From assembly GCA_028023455.1 (NCBI GenBank), contig JAQFVV010000009.1:16864001-16928000 (forward strand): DNA of 64,000 bases, read 5' to 3'. Every line of letters begins with the position of its first letter. The first letter of the stretch is position 1. The position numbers were made by a program, and so were the translations under genes. This document shows, piece by piece, positions 60,663 through 64,000 of the stretch. The notes under the pieces were generated by a model. The model made no database searches. It was not told the DNA's origin and saw only the letters and a program-made list of their open reading frames with translations. This DNA comes from Epiperipatus broadwayi (taxonomy: Eukaryota; Animalia; Onychophora).

Positions 60663-63600
60663 ATATAGAGTAAATATATTATTCTTTTTACATTAAAATA
60701 TCGACATGTATATAACTTAAATGTTAGACTATAAAAGTTTAATAACAAAAATCAAGTCAAATAAATAGTTGTTTTAATGAAATCAAATATTAAAATGATT
60801 ATTTTTCAATCATTCATATATATAAAATAATTATTTAAGTTGACTAATATCACTAATCAAGATGTAAAACATAGAGATAACCTTAGGTCAAATTGTATCT
60901 TAGCAACTAAACATGAAGAAAGTAAAATTAGAACTCAATTATACAATTATTAATTATGATGCATTCAACAATAATCGAATACAAAATCTTGAAATGAAAT
61001 ACCAATTTAACACATGCTAATTACTGGAAGTCGATTCTACTATAAAAGTTAAATCATATAATTTCCAAATTAAATTTATCTTTTACAAATGAACTAGTCA
61101 CAATGCTTAGTTATTTTGCTATGTTCGAATACCGAATATATAAATTACTCTTTAAGATCATTAATACTAATTTAAAAAATGAAATTATCTTTAATATAAT
61201 ATTTAGAGAAATTCTTAATGAGATCATTCTAAACTTGAATTTTAAAGAAGATAAAAGTCATCAAAAACATTTATATATCTGAACAAAATTATTTTAAGAT
61301 TTCAAGTTATATAAAATGCATCATGAGTAAAGACAATTTGCCATAGGATCAAATGCTATTGTTCTAATCTAAAACTGTAATTAATTATTCCTGCTGAAAT
61401 GCCTAATATATAAGTACTTCATCTATAAAAATTCAATATCCAACTTCAATTTATAGTGAGATACTTTATGAAGAGATGTCAACATCATGTGAGAGGAACA
61501 TTTATGAACAATGGAGTATACTGATTGCCTTGCCAATGATTGATGATTGGAAACTAAAAGAACATTATTCTTAATGAACATTACTACTCAAATTATGGAA
61601 ATGAATAGAACAATACCATAAACTTTTACTATATATCATCTTTGCGTATCAACATCCATAAATATCTAATTTTATTTCCTTTGTTTCTTAAATCCATTTA
61701 TGTTGGAATAATCCATTTAAAAAAATGGAAAGATCATTGGGTTAAATTTTTTTTATTTAATAAAATTTAGGTCTTTCTTGTAAAGCAACTTGATCAGGAT
61801 AATAAATAAACTTAATATGAGGATAACATTTTATTGTTCTTCATATTAAATTCATTCATATATGACAAGACAGAATTTTTGTTTATTACTAATTGAATTA
61901 ATTTAGTAATATTTGTTTATTTATTTTTCTGTATAAATGCCTAAAATTATTGCATGAAAAGCCTTTTCTTTCAATGATAGGGACCATACATAGATGGGGG
62001 GGGGTCTTATAAAAGTGGAATTCCCTCAAAAGAATTGAATATTACAAACGCCTTCATTTATATCTATATCGTTTAAATTTAAATTTAGTTAGTACTATTA
62101 TAATTTTTTGAAATTATAAATTTTCATTTATTGTTTTACAACCTATTAAATATTGTTTGTGTTATGATAAATATCTACTATGGAGATATGGGAAGATATA
62201 ATTTTAACTTTTATTTAATAATATAGCAGAAATGTATGTAAAGCATTCGTATTTATAAATTTTGATATATATAAAGATAAATTTAAATTGTTCTCAGTTA
62301 ATAAATATTGTTAATTTCTTTTTTATTTTAAGAAAGTCTCTGATTTATTTAAATTATTTATTTTATTTTCATAATAAAATAAGATTGAATACACATATCC
62401 ATATATCTATAAATCATGCTAACTTATCATAATAACTTGGCTGAAAGTAATTTTGAGAATCTATTGAGATTATATTAAGTATTATTATTACTACAGAATA
62501 TTGATGGACCCTTGAAAAAGTTAAGTGCAAAATTCACCCTGAGTTCAAATACTGAGCATAATGGAATAATTAAGAGAAGTGAAGATTGCATGAACTGGTC
62601 TAAGTTAGATCTATATTTAATATTTAGATATTAAATTATATTATTTAAAATAGATGCAATTATGGATTTCATTTTATGGCAGCCTATGTGAAGACCCTAA
62701 GTCTGACTATAGTTAGATGCATTCATGTTCATTTCTTAAGGGAATGTGTACTGTTACAATATATATATATTAGATAAATGTATTAGAACAAAACAAAGAA
62801 TAAATAATATCTGATGGATTTTTGATTTATCATGATACATTAAGAAAAAGAAAATACACTTTATATATTTTTCAGATAAAAAAATCAGATTACTTAATTT
62901 TTTATATCTTTTGTCTTAATCTTTCTTTTTAAAAAAAAACTATTGACAGTTATTTGAAATATCTATTTAATTTACATAACAGACAACCCTTGATAATGAA
63001 CACATACATTTTCAAACCATTTAAAATTTATTTTTTAAGCATTATTTTATATTTATCAAGCCAAGATGAACTAATAGAAGAAAACAAAATTATTTCAGAT
63101 GGTTTTTAAGCAATTCTTGTCTTAATTTCCAGGATAGGATTAGCTATTTGTTTTTATAATAATTTCTTTCATCTTTCAGGTTTATGCTTGTCAATAATTT
63201 TTCTTTCCTGTCTCAGATGGTAATTGGTTGTAAAGATATAGAGCAAATAAAAAACAAATCCCACAGCTAGAAAGTCTTCTTCAGCCAATCATTCTGTAAT
63301 ATTACTTAATCCAGATAAAAATTCATTAATTAAAATTTAGGCTTAAGAAAAAATCTAACGATAACAAATTTTGTTATTCCTTTTTAGTTAAAACAATTGT
63401 CAATAACAATAAAAAATTACAAGTACAATCTCTTCTTTCTTTGTTGCATCATCAATTACCATGGCATCTTAGTTTACACTTTCATGGCATAATAAAGATA
63501 CAAACACTATTGTTAATAAAACTATCAATTTTTTTAAAACTTTCTTTTTATTTTAATATTTTACAATTTTAAAAAATAAATAAATAAATAAATCTTATAG

Positions 63601-64000
63601 ATATCTAAAATAAATCTAAACAATTCATATACATTCAACATAAATACATATCTGTAAATCATAAATCTTTTTATTATTTTTTAACAAACAAATTATATTT
63701 TATATACTATAATCAATAGCAATTCCCAAAGTCATTTTCATAGTCCATTTATTTATTCTGCATTAATGTACAATCATAACAAAATGTATACCACAAAATA
63801 GAGAGGGAACAATAAAATATTAACAATAAAAAATATATACAACAAAATCGAACAAAGATAACAATCAAAAAGAAAAAAATTACAATATTTTCTACCATAA
63901 AAAATATTGTAATATATGTATTATGAATAATCAGTCAAAATCAGTCTTATATAGTAAACCAGGTTCCTTCCAAATAAATATCTTGTTTTTGCTAGGTTTA

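Noticed and set aside
60960-61760. Short open stretches such as IQYPTSIYSEILYEEMSTSCERNIYEQW as a viral or Polinton gene
   Set aside because: Interrupted in all frames and no recognisable motif.

Overview
Very AT-rich eukaryotic (probably invertebrate animal) repeat-dense DNA with no intact host gene that I can support. Most of the window is nested, decayed retroelements. These are five long copies and one fragment of an L1/Tx1-like LINE family (mostly head-to-tail on +), RTE and CR1 remnants, and Penelope-like (PLE) RT/GIY-YIG remnants. There is also one young Ty3/gypsy-type LTR element (34898-42704, minus strand). It has ~99% identical 1.95-kb LTRs, an ATAT target duplication, PBS, PPT and intact gag and protease ORFs joined by a probable -1 frameshift, but no RT, RNase H or integrase. 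A probable 2.2-kb solo LTR and a tRNA-Gly-derived pseudogene are also present. The most striking unannotated layer is RNA-level. Four unrelated sequence families carry minimal type I hammerhead ribozyme (HHR) motifs (9 copies, several with an intact catalytic core). Four short insertions share one architecture: a fold-back inverted duplication with one arm extended 29-65 nt, flanked by a 10-14 bp target-site duplication. Three of these four carry an HHR in each arm; the fourth (family E) has none. This fits PLE pseudo-LTR/retrozyme-type mobilisation. All alignments and counts were made by eye; element boundaries given as round numbers are approximate.
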